Origin: Centroscyllium fabricii
Lineage: Eukaryota
Reading direction: 5' to 3'
DNA length: 64,000 nucleotides
Assembly (NCBI GenBank): GCA_051313645.2
Contig: JBNRSN020000029.1
Coordinates: forward strand, 20,646,001-20,710,000
Shown piece by piece: positions 60,460-64,000 of the stretch (positions are counted from its first letter, which is position 1; every line of letters starts with the position of its first letter). The notes below the pieces were generated by a model. It made no database searches. It was given only the letters and a program-made list of their open reading frames with translations, and was not told the DNA's origin. Position numbers and translations under genes: made by a program.

Positions 60460-63400
60460 GAAACCGCATCTCCAAACAAACCCATCAGTTCCAGAATAAC
60501 TGATCAACCGAAGCTGTTACGTCACGCCCAACCTGTACCTTCACCTCAATCTGGCCTATCATCCAAAAATGAGTTATCATTCCAAACTGACCGCTAAAAC
60601 CAAACTGATGCATCACACCCAAACTGACCTACGACCCTAAAGTGAACTCTCAGCCCAAACTACCGCTGCACCCTAAGTGACCTTCAGCCCAAACCTGAAC
60701 CAACCACCCCAAAATTTCCCAAGGCACAAGCTGATCCATTTCCCTCAGATTCACCCATCACCCGAAATTGACTGCTAACCCTTAGCTGACCCTTTACCAA
60801 AAACAAACCATTTGCCTTCAAACAGTACCAACACCAGATTAATACACATTACCCCAAAGTGATAATCAGAAGAGAGATGCAGACCCACGGATATGGCAGG
60901 TGAAACTTTCGGGCCATTCGGCTTGGTGGGCCGGGGTAAAGGAGAAAGTAGCAGAGGCAGCTGATTAAAGTCATCGGTTCCAAACTGACCGGTCAATTCA
61001 AAACTGTGTCATCACACATAAACTGATCCCTGAGCGAAAAGCATTACCATCAATTTGACCCATTGCTGCATAACTGTACCATCACCACAAACGGACCCAT
61101 ATCCCAAGGTGATCTATCACGCCAAAACTGACCCATCATCAGTGCACTTTCCCATCATCCACAAACTGATAAATCAGTCCCAAACTGACACATCACTCTC
61201 AAAATGACCCATCACTCCAAACCGACCCATCACCCACAATGTAACCGTTCACACCCAATCTAACCCATCATCCCCAAACTCTCATCATCTCAAATTGATC
61301 ATCACCTAAAACCGACCCTTCACACCAAATCGGACCGATCACTATTAAACAGATCAATCACTCCAAACCGAACCATGAGGCTAAATGTGACCCGTCACAC
61401 CCAATCTGACCAAAAACTCCCAAACTGACCCACCACACCAAACTGACCCATCAGCCCAAACTGTCCCATCATCATTATCAGATTCATCACCCCATTTTGT
61501 CCCATCATCCCCAAACCGACTCATCATCCCAAACAAATCCATCACCCAAAAATGACACATCAGACAAACTGTCCCATCATCCCAAAGAGATCTATCACGC
61601 CAAACCGACCCAACACGCCGAATTCACCCATCACCCCAAATTGTTCCATCACCTCAAACTATCCCATTAACCCAAACAGATCCATCACCCCAAACTGACC
61701 AATCAACCCAACCTGAACAATCACCGCCAACTGACCCATCAATTCAAACTGGCCAATCAACCAAATCTGTCCCGTTAGCCCAAGCTGACCCATTACGCGC
61801 AACTTCCCAGACTGACCCATCACACTCTGAAATGATCCATCAGCACAAAGTGACCAAGCAACCCATTATGCCCATCAACGCAAACTGACCAATCACCCGC
61901 TAACTGACCAATCACATCCAAACCAACATGTCACCACAAACAGACCAATCATCACATCTGACCAATCACTCCCAAATAGAAAAATCACCCCAAAATTGAC
62001 GAATCACCCCCAAACTGAGCTATCAACAAAATGTACGCATCAACACAATCTCACCAATTACCGCTATATGACCAATCATACCCAAACTGACCCACCAACA
62101 CAAACTGACCAATCAACAACAAACTGAACAAGCGCCCACAAACTGAGCGAACAAACCAAATTGATCAAATGCCGCCAACTGACCAATCACCCGAAAATGG
62201 ACCCATCAACACAAACTGACAAATCACCGCAAACTCTCCTATCAAAACAAACTGACCAATCACCCTAAACTGAAACACCACGCAAAACTGACCAATCACT
62301 CCCAAAACCGAACAATCACCCCCAAATTGACACATCATCCCCAACTGATCCATCAATACAAACTGACTGTTCACCGAAATTGACCCATCAAAAAAAAACT
62401 GACCAACCACTTCAAACTGACCAATCACACCAAACTCAGCCATCAACACAAACTGAACAATCACCCCCAAAATGACCGATCACCCCCAAACTCACTCATC
62501 AACACAAACTGACCAATCACCCCAAAACTGATCAATCACGCCCAAACTGTCCCATAAGCACAAACTGAATAATCATCAAGAAAATGAGCAATCACATAAA
62601 ACCGACCAATCATCCCAAAACAGAAATATAACCCCAAATTGACGAATCAACACAAACTGACCATTCACACAAAACTGACCAGTCAATCCCAACCAATCAG
62701 ACCAATCATCCAAAACTGACCAATCACCCAAAAATGACCAATCATCCCAAAACTGAATAATCACCCCAAACGAACCCATCAACACAAACTGATCAATCGC
62801 ACTCAAACTGACCAATAATTCCCAAACTGATCAATTACACCCAAACTGGCTAATCATTCCCAAACGTATCAATCACCCCAACCTGACAAGTCAGCCCAAA
62901 CTGACAAAGCAACACAGACTGACCAATCACCCCCAAACTGAACCATCAGGTCAAATTGATCAATTACCCAAACTCACCAATCACCCCCAAGCTGACCCTT
63001 CACCTCCAAACTAAACAATCTGCCCAAATTAACGAATCAACTCAAACTGAGCAATCACCCCTAAAATGACCAATAATCCAAAATGACCAATTACCCCAAA
63101 CTGACCAATCACCCTAAACTGACAAATCAACACAGACTGACCAATGACACAAAAACTGAACCATCTGGTCAAACTGACCAATCATCCAAACACACCAATG
63201 AGCCGCAAGCTAACCCATCACCTACAAACTGTACAATCAGCCCAAACTGACCATCAACACAAACTGAGCAATCACCCCTAAACTGACCTATAATCCAAAA
63301 ATTACCAATTAGCCCAAACTGACCAATCACCCCAAACTGACACATCACCCAAAACCTGACCAATCACCCTCACACTGATCAATCGCAACCAAACTGACCC

Positions 63401-63590
63401 ATGATCCTCAAACAGACGAAAAACTACAATCTGACCGACCACCCCCAACCTGACAGATAAATCCAAACAGAATACTCACCCCGAAACTGGCCCCTCACCC
63501 CCAAACTGTCCCATCAACACAAACTGACCAATCATCCCCAAACTGACAAATCACCCCAAACTGACTAATCAACACAAACTGAAACAGCAA
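60460..63590. repeat. Same ~18-19-bp satellite, more homogeneous toward the 3' end
   Basis: CAAACTGACCAATCACCC and CAAACTGACCCATCAACA variants in tandem. Confidence 0.95.
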
Positions 63591-63594
63591 CTCT

Positions 63595-64000
63595 ATCATT
63601 AGTTCCTCGCTACCTTCGTGGATAGTCCCTGAGGACTGGAGAGAGGCGAATGTGGTTCCCATATTTAAAAAGGGGAGCAGGGACGTGCCAGGGAACTACA
63701 GACCAGTCAGCCTTACCTCGGTGGTCGGAAAGTTGATGGAAAGGGTCCTGAGGGACAGGATCTACGACCATCTAGAAAGGGGTAAATTAATCAGGAGCAG
63801 TCAGCACGGATTGGTTAAGGACAAATCGTGCCTGACCAATCTGATAGAATTCTTTGAAGAGGTGACAAAGTCTGGGGATGAGGGAAAGGCGGTTGATGTC
63901 ATATACATGGACTTCAGCAAGGTGTTCGACAAGGTCCCGCACGGTCGACTCATGAAGAAAGTAAGGAGTTGCGGGGTAAACAAAGAAGTAGTGGGATCGA
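63595..64000 (+). mobile_element. CR1 RT fragment closely matching 41020-41430; runs off the window
   Basis: WREANVVPIFKKG..NYRPVSLTSVVGK..MDFSKVFDKVPHG. Confidence 0.95.

Noticed and set aside
62165-63363. GQF-repeat ORFs on the minus strand
   Set aside because: Translations of the 18-19-bp satellite

Overview
Eukaryotic, repeat-dense DNA, almost certainly from a cartilaginous fish (shark-type CR1 LINEs, HE1 and Deu/SacSINE-type SINE sequence, Harbinger-type MITEs, a GPR139-like receptor). The only intact host gene is a two-exon GPR139/GPR142-like class A GPCR (48719-48788 + 50698-51602, + strand). Most long ORFs belong to LINEs (CR1, L2-like, Rex1). One CR1 is near full length and has a 5 x 140-bp tandem 5' UTR. 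Main finding: much of the apparently unique DNA between the transposons translates, across stops, frameshifts and nested insertions, into collinear relics of foamy-virus-like (Spumaretrovirinae-like) Env and Gag. I count about eight or nine env and five gag relics on both strands between ~1.35 and ~54.3 kb, with almost no pol and no recognisable foamy LTR or PBS. These calls rest on by-eye comparison with prototype foamy virus (PFV) Gag/Env sequences recalled from memory and need HMM or tBLASTn confirmation. Also present: a minimal Penelope-type hammerhead ribozyme, a ~145-bp-arm palindrome, an inverted MITE pair, a solo LTR with a 5-bp TSD and two satellites.
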